Assembly (NCBI GenBank): GCA_038147655.1
Contig: JAYQUI010000001.1
Coordinates: forward strand, 1 to 47,334
Origin: Nitrosomonadales bacterium
Lineage (GTDB): Bacteria; Pseudomonadota; Gammaproteobacteria; Burkholderiales; Methylophilaceae
Length of the DNA stretch: 47,334 bases
Reading direction: 5' to 3'
Part shown: piece by piece, positions 1-9,388 of the stretch
Layout: every line of letters starts with the position of its first letter
Numbering within the stretch: the stretch's first letter is position 1
The notes under the pieces: generated by a model
What the model was told of the DNA's origin: nothing
The model's input: the letters and a program-made list of their open reading frames with translations, nothing else
The model's database searches: none
Program-made: the position numbers and the translations under genes

Positions 1-204
1 AATCTGGGGATTTCTGTTTTACCAAAAACTGCGACAGCAATTAACTACAATAACCCACTCGTAAAAATTATTCCATTTAAAAATCCTGTACCATATAGAA
101 GAATAGCCATTGCTTACAGAAAAAGTACAGTGAGAATGGAAGCAATTGAAAAGTTTGTTTTAGCATTAAAAGATATAAAATCAAAAAATATCAAAATTTT
201 TTAA
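1..204 (+). CDS. oxyR: C-terminal part of a LysR-family regulator, OxyR-like (5' end outside window)
   Basis: Not in the ORF track. Frame 1 translates to NLGISVLPKTAT...IIPFKNPVPYRRIAIAYRKSTVRMEAIEK...KIF with TAA at 202-204. This fits the OxyR C-terminal pattern (GIxVLP ... PFxxPxPxRxIxxxxRKS). Confidence 0.7.
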   Translation, partial: NLGISVLPKTATAINYNNPLVKIIPFKNPVPYRRIAIAYRKSTVRMEAIEKFVLALKDIKSKNIKIF

Positions 205-215
205 GGTAAAAATTT

Positions 216-1277
216 ATGATCGTTGGTGTACTAAATGAAGCTGATAAAAATGAAAATAGGGTGGCTATAAGCCCTGAGATAATTAAAAAATTAAATGCAA
301 AAAAAATAGAAGTTTTTATTGAGCAGGGTTGTTTTATTCAAGCTGATTTTACGGAAAAAGATTTTACTGATGCTGGCGCTGAAATAAAACCAAAAAAAGA
401 AATAACAGATACAGCTGATGTTCTATTAACTGTATCAATACCAAATGAAGAAGTATTAAAAGATTTAAAAAAAGGAATAGTGATTGGAAACTTAAGCTCT
501 ATTCAAAGTATATCTTTTAAGAATAATGCCTTTGATCTCTCGAAACTACCAAGAAATACTCGCGCTCAATCGATGGATGTTCTATCCTCACAAGCCAATA
601 TTGCCGGATATAAATCTGTTTTATTAGCTTTAGAATATTATAAAAAATTTATGCCAATGCTGATGACTGCTGCTGGAACTGTGAAGCCTGCAAGAGTGTT
701 AATTTTAGGTGTCGGCGTTGCTGGATTGCAAGCAATAGCAACTGCTAAGCGGTTAGGCGCTGTTGTAGAGGCATCTGATGTTCGACCGTCAGTCAAAGAT
801 CAAGTCGAATCCCTAGGAGCTAAATTTGTTAATGTTCCTTATGAAACAGAGGAAGAAAAATCAATAGCTGAAGGTAAGGGCGGTTACGCACAGATGATGC
901 CAAAATCTTGGCTGGATAGACAAAGAAATATCATATCTGAGACCATCAAAAAATCTGACATTGTCATTACAACGGCCATGGTTCAAGGAAAAAAACCACC
1001 TGTACTAATTAGTGGGGCTGATGTGCGATCGATGAAACCAGGATCTGTGATTGTTGATATTGCTGGCGGTAATTGTGAACTGACTAAGGTTGATCAAGTA
1101 ATCAATGTTGATGGAAAAACTATTGTTGGCTATCAGAACCTCCCATCTATGTTGGCACATGACGCTTCAATTTTATACGCAAAAAATCTATTTGCTTTTC
1201 TTGAATTAATTGTTGAAGACAATCAATTAAAAATTAACAAAGAGGATGAGCTTGTTAAAGCTTGTTCCATTAATTAG
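216..1277 (+). CDS. pntAa: NAD(P) transhydrogenase subunit alpha, part 1 (dI)
   Basis: ENRVA, RAQSMDVLSSQANIAGYK, GVGVAGLQA Rossmann motif, GGYA; first gene of a pnt trio. Confidence 0.96.
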   Translation: MIVGVLNEADKNENRVAISPEIIKKLNAKKIEVFIEQGCFIQADFTEKDFTDAGAEIKPKKEITDTADVLLTVSIPNEEVLKDLKKGIVIGNLSSIQSISFKNNAFDLSKLPRNTRAQSMDVLSSQANIAGYKSVLLALEYYKKFMPMLMTAAGTVKPARVLILGVGVAGLQAIATAKRLGAVVEASDVRPSVKDQVESLGAKFVNVPYETEEEKSIAEGKGGYAQMMPKSWLDRQRNIISETIKKSDIVITTAMVQGKKPPVLISGADVRSMKPGSVIVDIAGGNCELTKVDQVINVDGKTIVGYQNLPSMLAHDASILYAKNLFAFLELIVEDNQLKINKEDELVKACSIN

Positions 1278-1286
1278 GAATAAAAT

Positions 1287-1592
1287 ATGGATGAAATATT
1301 AACGATACAAAATATTACAATTTTTGTTTTAGCTATCTTTGTTGGATTCCATGTGGTTTGGAATGTGACGCCTGCACTGCATACCCCTTTAATGTCAGTT
1401 ACTAATGCTATATCTGGAATTGTGATTGTTGGAGCAATACTCCAGGTCGTTGAAATTGACGGTAATATTTTTTCATTAAGTAGTATCTTGGGCGCCATAG
1501 CAATTTTCTTTGCTTCGATTAATATTTTTGGCGGATTCATGGTTACGCAAAGAATGCTCGATATGTTCAAAAAGAAAGATAAAAATAAATGA
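1287..1592 (+). CDS. pntAb: NAD(P) transhydrogenase subunit alpha, part 2 (membrane)
   Basis: [18 protein letters not shown] and [17 protein letters not shown] signature motifs. Confidence 0.96.
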   Translation: MDEILTIQNITIFVLAIFVGFHVVWNVTPALHTPLMSVTNAISGIVIVGAILQVVEIDGNIFSLSSILGAIAIFFASINIFGGFMVTQRMLDMFKKKDKNK

Positions 1593-2959
1593 TGACGACC
1601 CTAAATTTATCTCTGTATTTGATATCGGCAATTCTAATCATCTTAGCATTGCGCGGCCTATCCTCTCCCCAATCTTCAAGAAGAGGAAATTATTATGGAA
1701 TGATTGGTATGACCATTGCTATCATGACCACTCTAAGCATGAATCTAGATTATGTTTTTTGGCTTATCGCTATTTCAGTCTTTGCTGGGGGGGCAATAGG
1801 ATTAGTTATTGCAAAAAAAGTACATATGACCAAAATGCCAGAATTGGTTGCTTTAATGCATTCTTTTGTAGGCTTGGCGGCTATGCTGATTGCCTTTGCT
1901 TCTATTTATAATTTCACAAATACATATTCAACAACGCAAAGAGTAGAGTTGTTTTTAGGATCGTTTATTGGCGCAATTACATTTACAGCGTCCCTAGTTG
2001 CTTTTGGAAAATTATCAGGAAAATTTATTTCAAAAACAATTATTTTTAAAGGACAACACCTATTAAATTTATTAATTTTTATTCTGATGATTATTTTTGG
2101 AATGATCTTTTTTATTTATGAAAATAATCTTGCCTTTATATTAATGAATTGTTGCGCATTGATTTTAGGGATCACACTAATTATCCCCATAGGCGGTGCT
2201 GATATGCCTGTCGTGGTATCGATGTTAAATAGTTATTCTGGATGGGCCGCCGCAGGAATTGGCTTTACTTTAAATAACTCTGTATTAATTATCGCGGGAG
2301 CATGCGTCGGATCTTCGGGCGCAATATTGTCATACATCATGTGTAAATCAATGAACAGGTCTATTATTTCTGTTTTGCTTGGAGGTTTTGGATCGGATGT
2401 AGCAGAAGCATCAGTTGATGAAAATAAAAAACAACATAAAACAGGTTCGGCTGCAGACGTGGCTTATCTAATGACCTCATCAGAAAATATAATTATTATC
2501 CCTGGATATGGGTTAGCAGTAGCGAGAGCTCAACATGCTTTGCAAGAATTGACAAATAAACTTCTAGAGAAAGATATTAATGTTCGTTATGCAATCCATC
2601 CAGTCGCTGGAAGAATGCCAGGACATATGAATGTCCTTTTGGCTGAAGCAGATGTTCCATATGACCAAGTCTCTGAGATGGAAGAAATAAATAATGACTT
2701 TTCTGATACTGATCTGGTGTTTGTTATAGGCGCAAACGATGTTGTTAATCCCGCAGCTAAAAAGCCTGGGTCAGCAATTTATGGGATGCCTATCTTGGAA
2801 GCTCAAAAGGCAAAAACGATTATTGTTAATAAGAGAACAATGGGAGTTGGTTATGCGGGACTTGATAATGAGCTATTTTACGATGATAAAACAATGATGT
2901 TTTTGGGCGATGCAAAAGAGTGTGTTGAAAATTTAATAAAAGCTGTAGACGATTTATAA
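1589..2959 (+). CDS. pntB: NAD(P) transhydrogenase subunit beta
   Basis: [57 protein letters not shown]. Confidence 0.97.
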   Translation: MMTTLNLSLYLISAILIILALRGLSSPQSSRRGNYYGMIGMTIAIMTTLSMNLDYVFWLIAISVFAGGAIGLVIAKKVHMTKMPELVALMHSFVGLAAMLIAFASIYNFTNTYSTTQRVELFLGSFIGAITFTASLVAFGKLSGKFISKTIIFKGQHLLNLLIFILMIIFGMIFFIYENNLAFILMNCCALILGITLIIPIGGADMPVVVSMLNSYSGWAAAGIGFTLNNSVLIIAGACVGSSGAILSYIMCKSMNRSIISVLLGGFGSDVAEASVDENKKQHKTGSAADVAYLMTSSENIIIIPGYGLAVARAQHALQELTNKLLEKDINVRYAIHPVAGRMPGHMNVLLAEADVPYDQVSEMEEINNDFSDTDLVFVIGANDVVNPAAKKPGSAIYGMPILEAQKAKTIIVNKRTMGVGYAGLDNELFYDDKTMMFLGDAKECVENLIKAVDDL

Positions 2960-2961
2960 TC

Positions 2962-3177
2962 ATGATTATGGATTTATCTTTGCCCTTATTATCATTAATA
3001 CTCATTCTTTCATTTTTAATTGCCTTATATTCAATCATTTATGCATTTAAAGAAATGGATCAGAAATCAGATAAACATAACAACAACATAAAAGAGTCAA
3101 CTACAAAAACAAAAACTAAAACAAAATATAAGCCTCAATTTTTAAATTCTGTAAAAAATATTGATTTAGATCTATAG
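2962..3177 (+). CDS. Small hypothetical single-TM protein
   Basis: Starts 2 bp after the pntB stop; N-terminal hydrophobic helix followed by a Lys/Thr-rich tail; fills the gap exactly; no family recognised. Confidence 0.5.
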   Translation: MIMDLSLPLLSLILILSFLIALYSIIYAFKEMDQKSDKHNNNIKESTTKTKTKTKYKPQFLNSVKNIDLDL

Positions 3178-3270
3178 TTATTTAATCAACAGCTTTATTA
3201 AATATCCAATCAGAGAAATAAACCCCACAGATAGAATCCAAATAAAAATAAAGTAAATTATTTTTTTCAA
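3178..3270 (-). CDS. 30-aa single-TM protein, DUF2474-like, third gene of the cydAB unit
   Basis: Not in the ORF track. Hand translation: TTG start at 3270, directly after the cydB stop, giving MKKIIYFIFIWILSVGFISLIGYLIKLLIK and TAA at 3180-3178. IWxxSV...YxI(K/R) pattern resembles the small proteins that follow CIO-type cydAB. Confidence 0.7.
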   Translation of the reverse strand: MKKIIYFIFIWILSVGFISLIGYLIKLLIK

Positions 3271-4269
3271 TTAATGATAGCTTTCATTGGGTTTGGTTTT
3301 GCCACGAAAAACCCAATAAGTAAAAGAGGTGTAAGCGATGATGATAGGTATAAAAATTAGAACGCCTATCAATAAGAATTGTAAACTTTTTTTAGGAGCT
3401 GCAGCCTGCCAAATATCAAGCCCTGGAGGAACGATGTTAGGGTAAATACTAATCATTAAACCAATAAACGATAGCAAAAATAATACTATGCTCCACAGAA
3501 AAGGTTGTAAATCATAGTTCTTAATTAATGCTCTAAAACAAAATACAGTGGCAATTAAAACTAATAATGGTACAGGAAGCACATAAAGAATTCGAGGATA
3601 ACTAAACCACTTCTGAAAATACTCAGGGTGTAAATAAGGTGTCCATAAGCTCACAATTAAAATCATAACGAGAGTTAAAATAAAAAATCGTTTACCTAAA
3701 AATTGCATATGACGCTTTGTTTTATTTTCTGTTTTATAAATTAGCCAAGTTGAGCCAAGCAGACCATAACCAAAGATCAGCGCAATCCCAGTGAAAATTG
3801 AAAATGGTGTGAGCCAGTGCCACCAATCCCCATTGAATGATCGACCTTCAATCGGTATTCCTTGAAGAAAAGCACCGAGTGCTACACCTTGAAAAAATGT
3901 AGCTGTAATCGAACCGATTATAAAAGCTTTATCCCAAATCTGAGTTTTGCTTTTATCCTTCCATCTAAATTCAAAAGCAACACCCCTTAAAATCAGACCA
4001 ATTAGCATGGCAGTTAATGGCACATACAGCGCTGGAAGAACTACGCTATAAGCTAGTGGAAAGGCGGCAAATAAACCACCACCACCAAGAATAAGCCATG
4101 TTTCATTACCATCCCAAATGGGTGCAACGGTATTCATAGCGATGTCTCTTTCCCACTTGGATGTTATAAAAGGATAGTTGATGCCAATTCCGAGATCAAA
4201 CCCATCCAGTACCACATAAGCAAAGATGGCAAAACACAAAATGATGGCCCAAATTAATTCGATACTCAT
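3271..4269 (-). CDS. cydB: Cytochrome bd (CIO-type) ubiquinol oxidase subunit II
   Basis: YVVLDGFDLGIG, PIWDGNETWL, LRGVAFEFR, YWVFRGK. Confidence 0.96.
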   Translation of the reverse strand: MSIELIWAIILCFAIFAYVVLDGFDLGIGINYPFITSKWERDIAMNTVAPIWDGNETWLILGGGGLFAAFPLAYSVVLPALYVPLTAMLIGLILRGVAFEFRWKDKSKTQIWDKAFIIGSITATFFQGVALGAFLQGIPIEGRSFNGDWWHWLTPFSIFTGIALIFGYGLLGSTWLIYKTENKTKRHMQFLGKRFFILTLVMILIVSLWTPYLHPEYFQKWFSYPRILYVLPVPLLVLIATVFCFRALIKNYDLQPFLWSIVLFLLSFIGLMISIYPNIVPPGLDIWQAAAPKKSLQFLLIGVLIFIPIIIAYTSFTYWVFRGKTKPNESYH

Positions 4270-5645
4270 GCTTTATCAAACAACTTTAATGAAACACCCA
4301 AAGAACCAACTTTTTTTGTTTGATCTTTATCAATGTCCGGGTTAATGGAAAACTGTTTAAAAATATAATAAGTTCCAGCGCCAAATACTAGGAAGTACGT
4401 CACTATGAAAACAAGCAATGAGGTTGCTACAGCAGGAGCATCAATAGGCGATACAGAATCAATGGTTTTTAACATCCCATAGACAGTGAATGGTTGTCTC
4501 CCAACCTCGGTCGTGATCCAACCGGCTATGACAGCAATAAAGCCTGCTGGACCCATGATCATACAAACAATATGAAATAGTTTGGTTGAATAAAATTTAT
4601 CTTTCCACCTTAAGAATAAACTCCATAAACCTAAAGCAATCATGGCCATACCGATGCCAACCATGATGCGGAAAGACCAAAAAATAATTTCTGCTGGAGG
4701 GATTTCATCTGCTGGAAAATCTTTTAGGCCTTTAATTTCAGCATCGAAATCATGTTTTAATATCATGCTGCCTAATTTTGGTATTTCAACAATAGAATTT
4801 ATTTCCATGGCTTCGTCATCAGGGATTCCAAATAATATCAGTGGAGCACCTTTTTTTGTTTCATAGTGACCTTCCATGGCTGCAATTTTGGCTGGTTGGT
4901 ATTCTAAAGTGTTCAGGCCGTGCATATCCCCGGCAATTAGCTGCAATGGGGCAACAATCGCAGCCATCCACATGGCCATGGATAACATGGTGCGTGCACA
5001 TAAATTTCTGTTATTTTTTAAGAGATGCCAGGCACCTACTGCCCCTACAACAAACGCTGTTGTTAAGTAGGCAGCCATTAACATGTGAGTTAACCGATAT
5101 GGGAAAGATGGATTAAATATAATTTCAATCCAATTTTCTGGAACAAATTGACCAACATCATTGATGCTAAATCCTGCTGGGGTATGCATCCAGCTATTAA
5201 CAGACAGGATCCAGAATGCTGAGAAAAATGTTCCAAATGCTACCATCAGGGTTGCAAAAAAATGAAGTTTTTTACCCACTTTGTTCATACCGAATAACAT
5301 AATTCCTAAAAATCCAGCTTCTAGAAAGAAGGCAGATAAAACTTCGTATCCCATCAAAGGCCCTAAAACGGGCCCAGTTTTATCAGAAAATACAGACCAG
5401 TTTGTTCCAAATTGATAGCTCATCACTATTCCTGAAACAACTCCCATACCAAAGGCAATAGCAAAAATCTTTAACCAATAATTAAATAATTTTAGATAGC
5501 GATCTTCTCTTTTCCATAACCACAGTCCCTCTAGTACGGCAAGATAAGACGCTAGCCCAATAGTAAAGGCAGGAAAAATAATATGGAAACTTACCACAAA
5601 GGCAAACTGAAAACGTGCTAAATCGATGGCTTCAAACATGTGCAT
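4266..5645 (-). CDS. cydA: Cytochrome bd ubiquinol oxidase subunit I, short Q-loop/CIO-like (start may be the ATG at 5639)
   Basis: LARFQFAF..SFHIIFP, FFLEAGF, QPAKIAAMEG, GWITTEVGRQP; 459 aa fits a short Q-loop. Confidence 0.96.
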   Translation of the reverse strand: MHMFEAIDLARFQFAFVVSFHIIFPAFTIGLASYLAVLEGLWLWKREDRYLKLFNYWLKIFAIAFGMGVVSGIVMSYQFGTNWSVFSDKTGPVLGPLMGYEVLSAFFLEAGFLGIMLFGMNKVGKKLHFFATLMVAFGTFFSAFWILSVNSWMHTPAGFSINDVGQFVPENWIEIIFNPSFPYRLTHMLMAAYLTTAFVVGAVGAWHLLKNNRNLCARTMLSMAMWMAAIVAPLQLIAGDMHGLNTLEYQPAKIAAMEGHYETKKGAPLILFGIPDDEAMEINSIVEIPKLGSMILKHDFDAEIKGLKDFPADEIPPAEIIFWSFRIMVGIGMAMIALGLWSLFLRWKDKFYSTKLFHIVCMIMGPAGFIAVIAGWITTEVGRQPFTVYGMLKTIDSVSPIDAPAVATSLLVFIVTYFLVFGAGTYYIFKQFSINPDIDKDQTKKVGSLGVSLKLFDKA

Positions 5646-5647
5646 TA

Positions 5648-5676
5648 TTATATAACATTATATAAATTTATATAAT
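5648..5676. promoter_or_regulatory. Three TTATATAA octamers at 10-bp period upstream of cydA, containing -10-like TATAAT boxes
   Basis: TTATATAA at 5648, 5658 and 5668; perfect 20-bp palindrome 5657-5676; minus-strand TATAAT at 5662-5657 and 5652-5647. Confidence 0.4.
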
Positions 5677-5682
5677 ATGTTT

Positions 5683-6447
5683 TTATAAAATATTCCTCTT
5701 CTTCTTAGGTCCATTTTTTGCTAAAAAATCCCAAAGGTAATTGGGCAATATATGCATAATTTTTGCAACAAGAGACATTTGCCATGGCAGAATGGCATGA
5801 GATTTTTTCTTGTCAATAATATGGATTATTTTGGTTGCTGCCTGATCTACATCAATTAAAAAAGGCATGGGGTATGTATTAATTTTTGTCATGGGAGTTT
5901 TTATATAGCCAGGTGAAATTGTAGTGACGTGAATATTAAATTTTTTTAATTCAACCCGTATACTTTCCATATAGTTTATCAGTGCTGACTTTGATGCACT
6001 GTAAGCTCCAGCACCTGGCAGTCCCCTGATTCCAGCAATAGAAGCAATAGCAACTAACTGCCCTTGTTTACATTTTAATAGGTCATCCATAAATGGATTA
6101 AAAGTGTTCAATACCCCATGGAAATTTATTTGAAAAATCTTGTGAATAACCTCTAGATCTTCTTTTTTTGATGCCAATGTTCCTGAACTTACCCCAGCAT
6201 TGGCTATGATGATGTCTGGAGAGCCATATTTTTTCTTAAACGTATTTGCTGCTATTCGCATTGAAGAAGGTTTTGCGACATCGGCAACCAATACTAGGGA
6301 GCGACACTTAAGTTCTTTTTGTAATTTCAGTAAGTTTTCTTTATTACGACCAACCAATCCTAAGATGATATTCTCAGAGTCATACCCTTTTGCAAGGGCC
6401 CAGCCTAATCCTGAGGAAGCACCTGTAATAAAAATTTTTTTAATCAA
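5683..6447 (-). CDS. Short-chain dehydrogenase/reductase
   Basis: TGASSGLG, NAG, YSASK catalytic motif; usual neighbour of dsbA in betaproteobacteria. Confidence 0.93.
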   Translation of the reverse strand: MIKKIFITGASSGLGWALAKGYDSENIILGLVGRNKENLLKLQKELKCRSLVLVADVAKPSSMRIAANTFKKKYGSPDIIIANAGVSSGTLASKKEDLEVIHKIFQINFHGVLNTFNPFMDDLLKCKQGQLVAIASIAGIRGLPGAGAYSASKSALINYMESIRVELKKFNIHVTTISPGYIKTPMTKINTYPMPFLIDVDQAATKIIHIIDKKKSHAILPWQMSLVAKIMHILPNYLWDFLAKNGPKKKRNIL

Positions 6448-6453
6448 TCGATT

Positions 6454-7077
6454 TTATTGTTGTGATCGAATTGAATCAATAATACCGTTAGTAACATCGA
6501 TTGCATTTTTGGGCCCGCCCGCCATTGTTGATGAGGTAATGTACGAACCATTAATAATAAGGGTCGGGACTCCAGTCGCACCTGCACTTCGAAACATTTG
6601 ATTCGCTTTTTTTAGTTTCGCTTCCATTGAAAATGACTTGAATGCAGCTTTCACCTTATCAGTATCAAGTTTAGCGTTGGATGCGATCCATTTGATTGCG
6701 CCGGCTTCATCGACTGGACTGAGAGTTTTGTCCTTGTGAATGGCTTCAAAAATTTTACTATGTAAATCATCCAAAACGCCAAGCGACTCCATCGCGTAAT
6801 ATGCTCTTGCCATGGGTATCCAGTCTCTTCTAGGCACGGCTGGAATTTTTTTGAATACAACATCTTTTGGTAGAGACGCTTGCCATTTTTTTAACTCAGG
6901 CTCAAAAGAATAACAGTGCCCACAGCCATACCAAAACATTTCAACAACCTCAATCTTATCACTGGCTTCTGTTGCAATTTTTTCTTTTGTCGGTTTGAAG
7001 TTAACATTTAACTGCGGATCAACGGCATGAGAAAATTGAAAAATAAACAGACAAAATAGAAAAAATATTTTTTTCAT
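6454..7077 (-). CDS. dsbA: Thiol:disulfide interchange protein DsbA
   Basis: Signal peptide, EMFWYGCGHC active site, GVP cis-Pro loop. Confidence 0.93.
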   Translation of the reverse strand: MKKIFFLFCLFIFQFSHAVDPQLNVNFKPTKEKIATEASDKIEVVEMFWYGCGHCYSFEPELKKWQASLPKDVVFKKIPAVPRRDWIPMARAYYAMESLGVLDDLHSKIFEAIHKDKTLSPVDEAGAIKWIASNAKLDTDKVKAAFKSFSMEAKLKKANQMFRSAGATGVPTLIINGSYITSSTMAGGPKNAIDVTNGIIDSIRSQQ

Positions 7078-7103
7078 TGTGATTCCTTAAAATAATTTAT
7101 AAC

Positions 7104-7655
7104 TTAATCTTTTGGCTTAGTGAGCTTGATTAAGTTCGCCTTAAATCCTTCTTTTATAAGATTTTCACGAATTTTTTTTGCTTCATCCATATCTTCATAG
7201 GGACCAACGCTCACCCTGTGAAATGTGTCATCACCAATTCTTGCTGACATGATGACTGATTCATAACTCATTAACGCGAGTTTAGCTTTCAGATTATCTG
7301 CCTGTGATTCCTCAGAAAAGGCACCCACCTGCAAGTAATATTGAATTGCTCTGTCGTCATTGATTTTAGCTGGGGTATTTTTGCTGTAAGTTTCCTGGCT
7401 TTCAGGTAAATTTTCATAAAAATCAAAAGACGCATCTTCGTCAATGGCAATAACGTCCTCATCACCAAAGGTAGAATTAATCTCAATACATGCCCCTTCC
7501 GTGTCTTTGAGAACAAACGGAGACTTCCCGCTAGTAATGAATAAAGTTACTCCAATGGATAATAAAATTCCTAACAGCACACCGATGAATAAACCATTAG
7601 TAAATAAAGCTTGAGTTTGATTGATTTCTTTTTTTGTTCGGTAATCTTGAGCCAT
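7104..7655 (-). CDS. SPOR-domain cell division protein (FtsN-like)
   Basis: MAQDY N-terminus, one TM, FDFYENLP motif, C-terminal SPOR (YYLQVGAF...HRVSVGPY); lies between argS and dsbA. Confidence 0.88.
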   Translation of the reverse strand: MAQDYRTKKEINQTQALFTNGLFIGVLLGILLSIGVTLFITSGKSPFVLKDTEGACIEINSTFGDEDVIAIDEDASFDFYENLPESQETYSKNTPAKINDDRAIQYYLQVGAFSEESQADNLKAKLALMSYESVIMSARIGDDTFHRVSVGPYEDMDEAKKIRENLIKEGFKANLIKLTKPKD

Positions 7656-7663
7656 GTTGTCCT

Positions 7664-9322
7664 CTACATTTTTTCAGGAGCTGAAATTCCAAGTAATTGT
7701 AACCCATTTTTTATAACTATTTTCGTTGCACCAATTAATGCCAGTCTCGCATTTTGGAGAGCTTTGTCATCACTTAAAAATTTATTTGCATTGTAATAAC
7801 TGTGAAAATCGGCAGCCAGATCTTTTAGAAATGTTGCAATGTAATGGGGTGAAGACTCGCTGGCAGATAGTGAAATAATTTCATGGAACTCAGACAGCCT
7901 TTTTATTAATTGATGCTCGTGTGTTGATGTTAAAAGAGCTTCATCAAAATTTTGTAAATCTTCTGGTTTCATCTTGGCTTGATTAAGAACAGCACATATT
8001 CTGGCGTGAGCATATTGTATGTAATACACAGGATTATCATTTGTTTGTGATTTGGCTAGATCAATATCAAAAATAAGTTGTGAGTCAGGTTTTCGGGCGA
8101 GTAAAAAGTATCTTGTGGCGTCAGAACCTACTTCATCAATAAGATCCCTTAATGTGACATAACTTCCTGCTCTTTTTGAAATTTTTACTTCTTGATTATT
8201 TTTTGTCACAGTAACCATTTGATGTAAAACATAATCTGGCCAATCTTTTGGTATGCCTAAATTTAGGCCTTGGAGCCCTGCTCTTACTCTGGTGATGGTG
8301 CTATGATGATCTGCGCCTTGTTCATTTATAACCCTAACAAATCCTCTTTCCCATTTATTCAAATGGTAGGCGACGTCAGGAACAAAATAGGTATAGGAAC
8401 CATCCGATTTGATCATGACCCGGTCTTTGTCATCTCCAAATTCAGTTGTCTTTAACCACGTGGCATCTTCTTTTTTGTAGCTGAAGCCATTTTTTTCTAA
8501 TAAATCTAAAACCTTCTCGACATTTTTATTTTCATAAAACATGGATTCCAGGGTAAAAACATCAAAAGTCGTTTGGAATGCAGCAAGATCTATATTTTGT
8601 TCGTTTCTCAAAAAGGCAACGCTGAATCTTTTGATATTTTCAATATCATCGGGATTGCCATTGGCTTTTACTATCTCCCCATCAACCTCGACTGTTTTTA
8701 AGTTTGAATAGGCATCTGCAATTTCTAAGATATATTCACCTCGATATCCGTCTTCAGGAAAATTTACATCGTCTGGCTCAATACCCTTTATCCTTGATTG
8801 AACAGACAAGGCTAGATTATTAATTTGTTGGCCAGCGTCATTGTAATAAAACTCTCTTGTCACATCCCAGCCGTTGGCTTGCATAATGCGTGCTAATGAG
8901 TCACCAATAGCTGCCCCCCTTCCATGGCCAATATGAAGTGGCCCTGTAGGATTCGCTGATACAAATTCAACCTGTAACTTTTGATTTTTACCAGTTAAGT
9001 TATGACCATAGTTGGTTGATTGTGAAAAAATACTATTTATTATTGAGGATTTTCCAGCAGAGCTTAAATAAAAATTAATAAAGCCTGGCCCTGCGATCTC
9101 TAGTCGGTCAATAGATGGATCTAATCCAACTTTTTCAATTATCAATTGAGCTATTTCTCGAGGATTCTTTTTTAATATTTTTGTTAATTGCAGCGCTATA
9201 TTTGTTGAATAGTCACCATGTTCCAATGTTTTAGGGCGCTCAATATGGATATCAATATTAGAAGAATCATCTAGGATCTGATCTAATGCTGAGGAGATAA
9301 TGCTGGCTAATTCAGTTTTCAC
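7664..9322 (-). CDS. argS: Arginine--tRNA ligase
   Basis: VEFVSANPTGPLHIGHGR (HIGH), KISKRAG, NPVYYIQYAHAR, APEKM end; GTG start. Confidence 0.98.
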   Translation of the reverse strand: MKTELASIISSALDQILDDSSNIDIHIERPKTLEHGDYSTNIALQLTKILKKNPREIAQLIIEKVGLDPSIDRLEIAGPGFINFYLSSAGKSSIINSIFSQSTNYGHNLTGKNQKLQVEFVSANPTGPLHIGHGRGAAIGDSLARIMQANGWDVTREFYYNDAGQQINNLALSVQSRIKGIEPDDVNFPEDGYRGEYILEIADAYSNLKTVEVDGEIVKANGNPDDIENIKRFSVAFLRNEQNIDLAAFQTTFDVFTLESMFYENKNVEKVLDLLEKNGFSYKKEDATWLKTTEFGDDKDRVMIKSDGSYTYFVPDVAYHLNKWERGFVRVINEQGADHHSTITRVRAGLQGLNLGIPKDWPDYVLHQMVTVTKNNQEVKISKRAGSYVTLRDLIDEVGSDATRYFLLARKPDSQLIFDIDLAKSQTNDNPVYYIQYAHARICAVLNQAKMKPEDLQNFDEALLTSTHEHQLIKRLSEFHEIISLSASESSPHYIATFLKDLAADFHSYYNANKFLSDDKALQNARLALIGATKIVIKNGLQLLGISAPEKM

Positions 9323-9388
9323 TAATGGTAATATTTTAAAAAAATATTATTTTACCTGACTCCTTATGCCAGATATAGTTAATCTGTT

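Noticed and set aside
216-1592. Split pntA as a possible pseudogene
   Set aside because: The two-gene alpha subunit (pntAa/pntAb) is a common natural arrangement and both parts are intact
9329-9349. Inverted repeat TAATATTTT-AAA-AAAATATTA between argS and priA
   Set aside because: Entirely A/T in an AT-rich gap; expected by chance and no supporting motif
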